Assembly (NCBI GenBank): GCA_045660365.1
Contig: JAZRDQ010000008.1
Span: 72,506 to 136,505, forward strand
Direction: 5' to 3'
Length of the DNA: 64,000 nt
DNA from: Bacteroidaceae bacterium
GTDB lineage: Bacteria > Bacteroidota > Bacteroidia > Bacteroidales > Bacteroidaceae
Part shown: positions 27,601-33,998 of the stretch, piece by piece
Layout of the letters: each line of letters starts with the position of its first letter
Numbering within the stretch: the first letter of the stretch is position 1
Made by a program: the position numbers and the translations under genes
The notes under the pieces: model-generated
Told to the model about the DNA's origin: nothing
The model's input: the letters and a program-made list of their open reading frames with translations, nothing else
Database searches by the model: none

Positions 27601-30016
27601 AGATTATGTGCCAGATCCAAATAATAAGCCTGACAGGTATATAAATGGTCAGATACAGTATGCCAAGAATCTGGAATTTATATTGCAGAGTGATGTGGAA
27701 CCATTATACTATAAAGATAAAGACTGGACACTTGGCGGTGATGGTGATAACTGTTTCCAGGGTAATCTGCATGGTGATGGTTACACCATAAGTGGTTTGA
27801 CCCACTCATTGTTCAATAAGCTATGCGGTAATGTATATAACTTAGGTGTTACCGGTTCATTTACAGGTGCAGGTATATCAGACAACGGAGGTGCAGTATA
27901 TAACAGTTGGATTTCAACAACCGGAATTACAACTACTGCTCCGATAATTGCAGATGGTGGCTCTGCTGTCAATTCATATTACAACAGCATACAGTACACT
28001 GGTAGTTATGCTAATGGTGCTACAGCAGCCACAACACGTGAATTTACTGATGGTACAGTAGCCTATAACCTGAATGGATACTATCAGCAGAAGCGCAATG
28101 ATATATCGGCAGGTAAAAAGCGTGATGGTTCCGATGGAGCATATCTGCAGAATAATGGTCTGTCTGTATTACCATCATTGCAGAGTATTGCAGCTACTGC
28201 CACATCAGCTAAGTATGGAAATTCGGATTATGTGGAAGAGCGTATGAAAAGTGGTGATTTCCGTTACGAAAAGGGTGAAGTTCCATACCGTGTAGGCGAA
28301 ATCAGATTTATAGAGGGTAATCCTGATCAGGGCACTGCTGCGAAATTTGTACCTCTGTATCCGGATGATTATATCTTCTTTGGACAGAACCTAACATACG
28401 GTTTAAGTCAGAGTAAAGACCATGATAACCTGCCTGACAGAGTTGCAAAGCGTACCTATAACTATTCAAGGACTGTAGAAGATGTAACTACAAACTATCA
28501 GCCGGAACTGATAGATGCAACAACAGTTGCCGATAACCGTGTATTCCGTGTTCCGGTTTATACAACGCAATCTCCAACAGCAGTAGCAGGTGGTGTTCAC
28601 TACAACAGAGATGCTGTATTTACAGATACCTATAACGCAATTGTTATGGACAGAGATGTAACAGCAATTGACTTTACAGGTAATGCGAGTGCAAGTGACG
28701 CATTGTTTGAAAACAGCCTGCTGGATATGCCTGAGCTACGCAGCTTCTACCTGAAGGGTCTTACAAAGAACCTGTTGGTATATGCTGAAGCAGGAGGAGA
28801 GGCAACTTATAAACTGCTTGACGAAGCTGCTAAGGAACCTGAACTTGATATTCAGCAGAATAACTATAATTCTGTTGACAGAATTGTACAGGAGCCTATG
28901 TTCCATCTGGTAGGTAAACAGATTAATGGAGAATACAGAGCAACATCTGACCACTTTATTGTGGATAAACAGAACTTTGCAGCACCAATATCATATAGCT
29001 TTAATGATAACTACTATATGTGGTATCAGCGCGACCCAGCTTACCATGCCAATAGTAGTTCAGATGGCTGGGAAGGTTTGATTCTTCCATTTACTGCCGA
29101 TCTGGTGACTACACAGGACAAGGGTGAAATAACTCACTTCTATGGAGATTCTGATAAGGGGCATGAGTATTGGCTGCGTGGCTTTACAGGAATATCAGAT
29201 GCTAAAGCACAGTTTGCCCGTCCACAGGAAGGTGCTGGCTATGCAAAGTATGAAGATCATAATGGAAATAATCCATATAGAGTGAGCAATAGTTATCTGT
29301 ATGACACATATTACAGTAAGAACAGCAGAAACGATAAAAACAGTGATAAATACTTTGAGTATTACAATGGTACACGTGAATATTCAGATTACCTGCTGAC
29401 TACTCAGAATATGCCATATATTGTGGCTTATCCTGGTGTGGCATACTATGAATTTGATATGTCAGGTAAATTTGTTCCAGGGAATACTGCAACACCTGCT
29501 CCGGAAGAACTGGATAAGCAGATAGTAACCTATGTCTCTGTAGCTAATCAGGTAATTCCTGTATATAATGCGTCAGGTCTGGTAACATCTGCAGGTGGAT
29601 ATACATTGTATGGTTCTTATCTGAATACCGACATTGCAGATGCAGATTACAAAGTTGATGCAACAGGTGCCGGATTTGAACGTGTGCAGAATTCCGATGT
29701 GGCTGTACCATTCCGTGTATATCTGAAGAAGAACGGATCTGCAGCACCAACCAGAGGAAATGTTCTTGATTATATTCCAATAAGTGGCAGTGAAGATTAT
29801 ATAGCAGAACAGGCACCATTGAAGGGATTGAATATCTATGGCAGGAACAATGTAATATACATAGAATCTGCTCTTGACTATGAAACTATGGTTACAATAT
29901 ATTCAACATCGGGACAGATTATTGCAAGAGTGAAGGTGGCTCCGGGAACTACGGTAAAAGTGCCTGTTAATGCAAATGGAGTATATATTGCAAATAGACA
30001 GAAGATAGTTATATAA
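18611..30016 (+). CDS. Giant (3801 aa) secreted GG-repeat (predicted parallel beta-helix) surface protein with a T9SS-type C-terminal sorting domain
   Basis: One uninterrupted 11.4-kb ORF starting 13 nt after paralog 9, with a Sec signal (LLLTLSVVCSMPLQA). Dozens of V[YF]GGG-centred repeats run from about nt 18725 to about 23930. A non-repetitive central region follows. Near 27751-27960 there is a GLUG-like stretch (FQGNLHGDGYTISGL...NLGVTGSF). The last about 70 aa (LNIYGRNNVIYIES...VTIYSTSGQIIARVKVAPGTTVKVPVNANGVYIANRQKIVI) look like a type A T9SS CTD. Confidence 0.8.
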   Translation: MNISTNRKQKTLLARVLRPLLLTLSVVCSMPLQALVIKGDVYGGGKEGMVGVEGTPAQTDVDINSGEVRTVFGGGQDGKVYGTTSVDVTGGTIGAEKFNGSLYGGVYGGGEGAEATVFGTANVNMTAGTVVNNIYGGGKMAALQGNTNVKISGGTVSGSVFGGACMADIQGRTYVWINGGADALNIGAVYGGNDISGNVSSYLSVVTNPYTIPVAAIANDDNWKNWNAFVRVTKGAGEVNIGSLYGGGNGDYGYVGTEGNYSITLKDFAPNGTETTRILTVSNRPTLGRVLVDVTGGTFNAIYGGGNNATVTFSTDIYLNGANLTATNVFGGNNKAVMAIRPTWHLHDATITNLYSGGNRGDMTSPSGLLLAIESAYLTIENVYGGCRMANVSPTATPGAETYTATGGKSISFDGGYAARVYIGGGKVKNVYGGNDISGKVNYGANVEIYSSISGSIYGAGNGAYLYTDNPANSSSDLYYIKGGNSVAALYDYRPQVEKTLLHIAGPVNDDGTPTENPLYVAGNVFCGGNSAPLKSDDTNATTQFRIGKNVVINGVFLGSNGEQMVDPEVLKYYADNANSSIDLTDSDQMKGYMDGVSVNLKPSFSVDWKEELTPDQTGTYIGSLYLGGNVGSLTATEQIDVTIPSSITIYEKIVGGSNNAIVAANSGINAEYVGGVTETSSGDYKLKMTVASRMEPKTLNATLDGEGYVTSASLVWKKSAPSGLAEEIISGANIYGGCYQSGVVNGNVIIDVTDNLISQNIISKNLHKYNSGSTAIGEYVFTNAISVFGGGYGANSTINGNTTINLKENAQVLKVFGGGELGAVTGNTSINLDKNLKQPAEGFYNAFKVYGGGLQGNVGGTASVNVQGGKFFDVFGGSCFADITGTAKVVIGSAESVGSQTPLLIANNVYGANDFGGTIGGSVSFGQLAYGGKYVMAQTMVQYISGVINGNIFGGANGAYDYAWQFSKINMEGKYPLLNKEITENNASFITSNTFVHIASPSTKTDQIKGAVYGGGQGFSGATGIVDVKDTYVHLAATGTYQDRVTNGAGPLVNKVFGGAYYSYVEKTTVDAASGYYNEIYGGTFGATHNGLPVGISYDCGTTNVNIYGMNNASLNVYGAGAKSGATTTNVKLYAGNIGYAYGGSFAEGYCGTTNVTIPAGSTITAKAVYGGSVGSDAGLPCDVGQSNLTFASNTAYITGEGLFGGNKSYRATHKTNVNITSPVQIMAGEYANVYGSGHGENTITGFAKVTLSDGAQVANVYGGALDGTVRYAYDDKSGAPTYYATNFAKYAHWEYEDPKTELENRNTRIIIEEGATVQENVFGGGYGATATVHGATSVSLLGGIVEGDIYGGGSMGNMELLDKDNDAGNNILSILEIYGGKVRRVFGGGLEGYIEGETDVQIGLRQQVEGGKITDKVYALNSNNLVEADIDWGKPAVLRSAYGGGERGKVTNTNITMNNGYVGYDYDYKTEKYFPNVKLHSQDDLNLLANNGNLYGGGFGDEAWTVNTQVTMYGGKIRHSLYGGGEIASVGFAPMKVDDGVVKEVDWTRTGEITEGSTKVTMYGGTVERDVFGGGRGFSYTLAGALEVENVFYSSGFVFGKTEVYLHRGTVGTDETLKDEAGNVFGGGNIGYVYSVKGKKNGYSQQFTTGHYYDREGKYTEDCKVLITPVTVALEDITIGSKSYKAGDFVPCSDLNTLYANDSRWKQMDEQGVTVRNAVFAGGNVIQGTDIMTADVKTVFGNVTASVVDVFDCDMVSVSTDNIGGFYGDGNLSLVDGYRELNITNYGTDYHNLTHEITYDDYQKMHARKKAYYELKYLCLEAHDYKDKNNKTHYYVEGDQISGSVWGSMPAEEQAKWKLAGLATLYAGRMINTIQRADFCGVVGSRVVLKGARDRETTTADFTMYTINRLDELSLNEVKTYPIAGYNPDGTKDHGCYFGIYNVVNYLGAVSSNLNYYTDVRKTHSTEDIYKPDPENQDETYYEYKMRQAGTKFRNNGESSNIIALAGGVWLEVVRSINEQTGKKDYGPITGVIQLDLINVAPGEGGGYVYAKNIHGKRTPSGEVNVTLAESNKDAVSYKLHKYSDDQTEPYASSGNFVHSQKQIVDDCYPNNGDKSSPAHYWYVRGDFYVYNQTISAYTGTPQAYSEDVSIPLTITAGANGRLELLDISKNYYAYYTGLNYGGRELTADDSVRIGGQYYHTNDPISSWDYERLATPEQAFFVEETYVCIDDVVNIDGEAKDSEGRDLGALALAYRKGDVILPAKLQELKDSTVRIKIHDPNANTADATQLVPVSYFFHPTNNMSKDEGFLLTFKINNPAVWNDYYTQASGAPNQISLATYNDGKTNKELYVSGPSFLNTTGGIYGQYTYNAGDIIDDEVYNEQQNLLKDATDKGVASPTGQAVFEIAYVATENVHVNTSNGNGGETDMYITEGNVISKTDYDRASNEKIRRHFEKAVLCTQTFEFAPEEWYYYGDILQQSEFDKLNASDKKNFSVNTWLCTATGNFGGHLFIVQNSYDALQYAGVQPDERKNFSFNKDALDLLSTNFSKDLHGYDPSANYDPNTENDGYRYSNPTRVDYTAVYNGTGLGVSGLGISDIDGNPLEVISKGTKLNNVNYEKLPNEKMNFALVNVTDEHLRVDNNAEPPKAKNTFYVVKKTFKVGDVYYARGRVLTDTEFTKLPVDDNVRNNNVMHYTFNSQGTYYVCLNDFSNQQKLIKINPESDGSYNSANNNNKADVAAGTIKEGTVITTTSYAENVVNMQTNFSVQGTMPTETSTLYVPRSADVRDLSEDKIVTVVYKYSYLESDLAGNNFEEIVERHIVNIRVHFESGVPKIGDLQTPQTVLPGEVLGMNTPPVTPGAYEIMGGGFEIFANEQDAFAHKNGVAYQQGRAPLYWYQNEYWIAYYAKTYLGKTYSNPVRLSVANYHRLKDVLEHPEYMYVDSITDTYSNKPAMLRNPKIYINNDVFTAKVGDEEKQFNEFDYLIKLYNEHLHIGKDYVPDPNNKPDRYINGQIQYAKNLEFILQSDVEPLYYKDKDWTLGGDGDNCFQGNLHGDGYTISGLTHSLFNKLCGNVYNLGVTGSFTGAGISDNGGAVYNSWISTTGITTTAPIIADGGSAVNSYYNSIQYTGSYANGATAATTREFTDGTVAYNLNGYYQQKRNDISAGKKRDGSDGAYLQNNGLSVLPSLQSIAATATSAKYGNSDYVEERMKSGDFRYEKGEVPYRVGEIRFIEGNPDQGTAAKFVPLYPDDYIFFGQNLTYGLSQSKDHDNLPDRVAKRTYNYSRTVEDVTTNYQPELIDATTVADNRVFRVPVYTTQSPTAVAGGVHYNRDAVFTDTYNAIVMDRDVTAIDFTGNASASDALFENSLLDMPELRSFYLKGLTKNLLVYAEAGGEATYKLLDEAAKEPELDIQQNNYNSVDRIVQEPMFHLVGKQINGEYRATSDHFIVDKQNFAAPISYSFNDNYYMWYQRDPAYHANSSSDGWEGLILPFTADLVTTQDKGEITHFYGDSDKGHEYWLRGFTGISDAKAQFARPQEGAGYAKYEDHNGNNPYRVSNSYLYDTYYSKNSRNDKNSDKYFEYYNGTREYSDYLLTTQNMPYIVAYPGVAYYEFDMSGKFVPGNTATPAPEELDKQIVTYVSVANQVIPVYNASGLVTSAGGYTLYGSYLNTDIADADYKVDATGAGFERVQNSDVAVPFRVYLKKNGSAAPTRGNVLDYIPISGSEDYIAEQAPLKGLNIYGRNNVIYIESALDYETMVTIYSTSGQIIARVKVAPGTTVKVPVNANGVYIANRQKIVI

Positions 30017-30040
30017 GGTTCCAAAACCGGAATTAATGAT

Positions 30041-30081
30041 AAAAATCCTCGGTTCACTTCATAATGGACCGAGGTTTTTTT
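30041..30081. terminator. Bidirectional intrinsic terminator between the convergent giant gene and the GT2-Stealth gene
   Basis: CCTCGGT (30047-30053) pairs with ACCGAGG (30068-30074). An A-run lies upstream and a T7 run downstream (30075-30081). Confidence 0.65.
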
Positions 30082-31870
30082 ACTTTTCAAAACAGCTTTT
30101 GTTAGGGAAACAGGATTGGAGAAATTCTACCATTCTCCTGCGGTCGCTGTCGGTAGTGCCTTCACCATCGTTCATACATACCATCAGAGGCTTGTATTTC
30201 TTTAGAACATAATTGTAATCTTTTGTGTTGACAGGAATACAGCGTGAATAGGATGAGGCCTTTTTCATAATAGCTCTGCCAGTGGCTATCATATAGTATC
30301 CTATGTAGCTTCTGTGCATATCGGAGTCGTTACGGAAACGGCTGTACGATGTTTTGCTCCATTCCTGTGTATGGCAACTGGCTATACACTCCCTGATAAT
30401 GCTTTTAGAGTACAGGTCAAAACAGTGGTGTGGCGCATACTGAATCTTCTTTCCATATTCTTCTGCAATAAGATTCTGCATTCTGTCAATTTTTATGGCG
30501 TAATTACCTTTACGCTTTGCCTTACGTTTGTTGAAACGGTGGCTGTTCAGACGGACAACAGGACGTCCGTCTTCAGAAAAGAGATCTTCTGCCCCTAAGT
30601 TTCCTGTAAAAAACATATCATCATTTCCCAGAAAGAAATATTCACTCAGTTCATCTATGTTGCAGGTGCTGTTCTCTATTGCTGTGGAATTGAAGGTGGG
30701 CAGAGCATCGGCCGGCAGTATCTGATTGTGATTGACCAGAACAACTTTTGGGTGTGTGGTATCAAGCCATTCAGGACACTGACCATCTGTTACTATAAAT
30801 ATGCGGTTAATCCATGGGGCAAATTTTTCGATGGAACGGAGTGAATACTTCAGTTCATCGTTCTCTATCCATCGTGCCTCAATGGTTCCCTGATTTTTAG
30901 TTGCACTGCCTAAGTATCTGTCACGTTTGGCCTGCCATGCGGGGTCATTGCCATCTACCCACATATAGACTATATCTACGGGAGTGGTTATCCTGCTTTT
31001 TGCAGGGGCTTTCCAGAAATATAGCGGTATGGCGTCAAAAAGCCGCAGGGTGCGCCTGTTATTCTTCTCTTTTATCTTCCACAGACAGATGCCACAAACG
31101 GTGTTATGGCTTACTGTGATATTTCTCTCTTTATTGGGTATAGTCAATCCGTTTGCTGATGCGTAGTCAACCATCGATTTATGTGCCTGATACTTCTGTA
31201 GCTGTTTGGAGCGGGTCTGTTTTGATTTTACCGTAGAACTGCTGTTCAGTACATATCTGTAGAATAGATCCGGTACTGTAACCAGTCTGCCGCTTTCACA
31301 GATGGCGCGGAATACAAACATTACATCTTCATACTGAACTCCTTCAGCAAATCTAAGCCCTGTGCGTTCCAGCATCTCTCTGCGATACAGTTTATTTACC
31401 GGATGAAATTCAGGTGGGCATTTGCAGATTTTCAGCTTATCATCAGTTGTAGTTATAACTTTGCTCTCCCTGAATTCAATGACTGTTCTGTTACCACCCG
31501 GTTTCTCCTTTATTATCCCGCAGATAGCTATATCGGCATTCGCTGTTTTTGCTGCGTTGTACAGGGTTTCAAAATAGTTGGCGGGGATATAGTCATCACT
31601 ATCTATCATTCCTATATATTCGCCACGTGCAATAGCCATTGCTGCATTTCTTGCTTTACCCTGACGGCCATTTTGCTGATGAATGACTGTTATGCGGCTG
31701 TCTCTCTTTGCCCACTCATCCAGAACCTGCGCCGAATGGTCTGTTGAACCATCGTTTACACATATTATCTCAGTGTCTGTAAGTGTCTGCTCTGTGACAC
31801 TCTGCAAACAGCGTGGCAAAAGTTCCGCTGTGTTATATACGGGGATTATTATGCTTACCTTTGCTGACAT
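30080..31870 (-). CDS. Bifunctional glycosyltransferase family 2 / Stealth-family (hexose-1-phosphate transferase-like) fusion protein
   Basis: 596 aa. The N-terminus is GT2-like (VSIIIPVYNTAELLPRCLQSV...ICVNDGSTDHS). The C-terminal half carries Stealth CR1 (VDIVYMWVDGNDPAW), CR2 (NDELKYSLRSIEKFAPWINRIFIVTDGQCPEWL...LPTFNSTAIE...LGNDDMFF), CR3 (YAPHHCFDLYSK) and CR4-like (MVCMNDG). Confidence 0.8.
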   Translation of the reverse strand: MSAKVSIIIPVYNTAELLPRCLQSVTEQTLTDTEIICVNDGSTDHSAQVLDEWAKRDSRITVIHQQNGRQGKARNAAMAIARGEYIGMIDSDDYIPANYFETLYNAAKTANADIAICGIIKEKPGGNRTVIEFRESKVITTTDDKLKICKCPPEFHPVNKLYRREMLERTGLRFAEGVQYEDVMFVFRAICESGRLVTVPDLFYRYVLNSSSTVKSKQTRSKQLQKYQAHKSMVDYASANGLTIPNKERNITVSHNTVCGICLWKIKEKNNRRTLRLFDAIPLYFWKAPAKSRITTPVDIVYMWVDGNDPAWQAKRDRYLGSATKNQGTIEARWIENDELKYSLRSIEKFAPWINRIFIVTDGQCPEWLDTTHPKVVLVNHNQILPADALPTFNSTAIENSTCNIDELSEYFFLGNDDMFFTGNLGAEDLFSEDGRPVVRLNSHRFNKRKAKRKGNYAIKIDRMQNLIAEEYGKKIQYAPHHCFDLYSKSIIRECIASCHTQEWSKTSYSRFRNDSDMHRSYIGYYMIATGRAIMKKASSYSRCIPVNTKDYNYVLKKYKPLMVCMNDGEGTTDSDRRRMVEFLQSCFPNKSCFEK

Positions 31871-32742
31871 ACTGTTGCACTATTATATGCCAATGATAGG
31901 TCTATCATATTGCCAAACAGTAGGTCTGATTCCGGCAGTCTCTTTGTGTCATATCCGCTTGCAGGGAAGAAGGTCATCTCTCCAAAATAGATTTTGCCAT
32001 CCACATTGTAGAAATCCACTCTTACAAATGGTATTCCCTTTGACAGTTCTGAAGCCAGTTCAAACATCTTCTCCATATTTGACGGTTTGGGCAGAGTGAA
32101 TCCTTCCGGAGCCTCTTTGCCTCTTTTGTTGTAGCGTTTCAGATTCCATTCTCTGTCAAAGAAGTAGAATTTGGGGCTTCCGGCCTGTCGGTCTATGCAT
32201 AGCAGAACAGCATCTACGCTGCCGTTGTAGCAGTAGAATTTGTAGTCAACCAGATCGTCGCCCAGATACATTTCTGCAAAGATGCGTTTCTTTACATTCT
32301 TGTATGGCCACTCTCTGTAGTTGCGGTGCAGGTCAGTACGCAGTGATTTGTTCAGCTTATTGATGGTCTCTTCCATGTTCAGATTGTTCTTGTCCTTGCA
32401 TATAATGACACCCTTATTGCCACCGCTGTGGTTAGTTTTTAGTACAAACTGCTGTGGAAGTGTCTCCAGATCTATATCATTTGTACTGTTCCAGACAGCA
32501 AGTGTGGGTACTATATATTTTGCACCTATTCTGGCTGCTATGTATCCTTTTACATCAATCTTGTCAACAATGGTGGTGTACTCCGGTCTTCTGTTGTACA
32601 GTTTCAGCCATTGCAACTTTTCATTCATTGTAACGGGGTTCTTCAGATTGAGCTTTTTACCTGTCTCAATCTTGTACATCCACTTAACGAATTGTCTGTC
32701 CGGAATTATCGGGCTGAATTTTCTAAGCAAATTGCGTCTCAT
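31855..32742 (-). CDS. TupA-like ATP-grasp amidoligase family protein
   Basis: 295 aa. NEKLQWLKLYNRRPEYTTIVDKIDVKGYI, FVLKTNHSGGNKGVIIC and VRVDFYNVDGKIYFGEMTFFPASG fit the ATPgrasp_TupA pattern. It overlaps the downstream gene by 16 nt and the upstream gene by 4 nt. Confidence 0.75.
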   Translation of the reverse strand: MRRNLLRKFSPIIPDRQFVKWMYKIETGKKLNLKNPVTMNEKLQWLKLYNRRPEYTTIVDKIDVKGYIAARIGAKYIVPTLAVWNSTNDIDLETLPQQFVLKTNHSGGNKGVIICKDKNNLNMEETINKLNKSLRTDLHRNYREWPYKNVKKRIFAEMYLGDDLVDYKFYCYNGSVDAVLLCIDRQAGSPKFYFFDREWNLKRYNKRGKEAPEGFTLPKPSNMEKMFELASELSKGIPFVRVDFYNVDGKIYFGEMTFFPASGYDTKRLPESDLLFGNMIDLSLAYNSATVCQQR

Positions 32743-33818
32743 TCTATTGCATCTTTAATGTCCTGAACTGTAACATTGTCCTTGCCAAGAAGGTACTGTA
32801 TGGTTCGGGCGTTCTCTCTGAAATCAGTTTTTAGCAGTGCTGAAGCAAGTGCAAGTATTCCCTCCTGGATGGATGTATCCAGCCCCAGTATCCTGCCTAT
32901 GGAAATGTACAGGCCCAATCCCATTGGAACATCTTCCAAAAGGTATCTGTGATTTACAAATGATGGTCCTTTGTTTGATGAATCGGCAAACGATTTAAAT
33001 ACTGTCATTGCGTCAATATCCAGATTCTCTTCATTTCTCCATTTTGCCGCTTCAAAATAGTCCAGAGGTTTGCAACCGAACGCCTGGAGCATCTTGTTCT
33101 TCTCTACGTCGAAAGATTTGATTACGTTTACTACGGAATCTGTGAATGCCTCTTTATACATCCAGAATTCACCCTTGCTGTACTCTATTCTGGATGCAGA
33201 GAAGAGTATTCCTATAGGGTGTACAATCATATTTGGATTATGTATGGCAGATTCCAGAATGTTCTGTCTCAGATATTTTGTGTTTGGGAAACAACCGGAA
33301 AGCAGGGAAATTACCCTCTGCTCCTCTCTTTTTGGCCATGCCGATACTGCATTTCTTGGGTTGTAAAAACTAATTCTTACATATTCGGAATTCATTATTC
33401 TGCCATTGTATGCAGTGGTTTCCCATTCGCTGTATGTTACGTTCTGCTTAATGTATTTCCTGAAGATCAGACTTCCTAAATAGCCCGGAGTGAGGCAGAT
33501 AAGCTGACCTTCCTTTACGTATGGAGCTATCAGTGCTGCTATCTGTTCGTGTTGCAGGGTTGTGGTCATCACCATGATAATATCTGCAAACTCTACAGCA
33601 ACTTTTGCCTCTCTTGTAATGATGGCCGGCTGAGCAAAGTATCGGTTTCCATTGTTGGTGTCGTCCAATACATTATAACCACCATCGGATACTATTTTGT
33701 CAAAGAATTGACTGTTTGTTGCAGAGGTCTTTAAAAGTGCCACTTTATGACCGAACTCAATCAATTTTGCTGCGTGTATCAATCCTGCATTTCCGCAACC
33801 GATAACAGTTATATTCAT
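32739..33818 (-). CDS. NAD(P)-dependent octopine/nopaline (opine) dehydrogenase-family protein
   Basis: 359 aa with a Rossmann motif NITVIGCGNAGLIHAAKL. The C-terminal block NPNMIVHP...HRYLLEDVPMGLG is characteristic of the opine dehydrogenase family. Confidence 0.7.
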   Translation of the reverse strand: MNITVIGCGNAGLIHAAKLIEFGHKVALLKTSATNSQFFDKIVSDGGYNVLDDTNNGNRYFAQPAIITREAKVAVEFADIIMVMTTTLQHEQIAALIAPYVKEGQLICLTPGYLGSLIFRKYIKQNVTYSEWETTAYNGRIMNSEYVRISFYNPRNAVSAWPKREEQRVISLLSGCFPNTKYLRQNILESAIHNPNMIVHPIGILFSASRIEYSKGEFWMYKEAFTDSVVNVIKSFDVEKNKMLQAFGCKPLDYFEAAKWRNEENLDIDAMTVFKSFADSSNKGPSFVNHRYLLEDVPMGLGLYISIGRILGLDTSIQEGILALASALLKTDFRENARTIQYLLGKDNVTVQDIKDAIE

Positions 33819-33931
33819 ATTGCAAAAGCTTTTCTCTTTTTAATGTTTATGACGCAAATTTCGGAATATTTATTGACTTCTGCTAACAATTCATAATAAA
33901 TGTATCTCCGCGCGTAAACCATTGGAGCTAA

Positions 33932-33966
33932 TTTGTTGTATCTTACAATGATAATTCGTATATTTG
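33932..33966 (+). promoter_or_regulatory. Candidate pnp promoter (TTTG ... TATATTTG)
   Basis: An exact TAnnTTTG lies at 33959-33966, 33 nt before the pnp ATG. TTTG lies at 33932-33935; the 23-nt spacer is slightly long. Confidence 0.4.
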
Positions 33967-33998
33967 CCACAATTTACTTATTTATACGTTTTTAAAAG

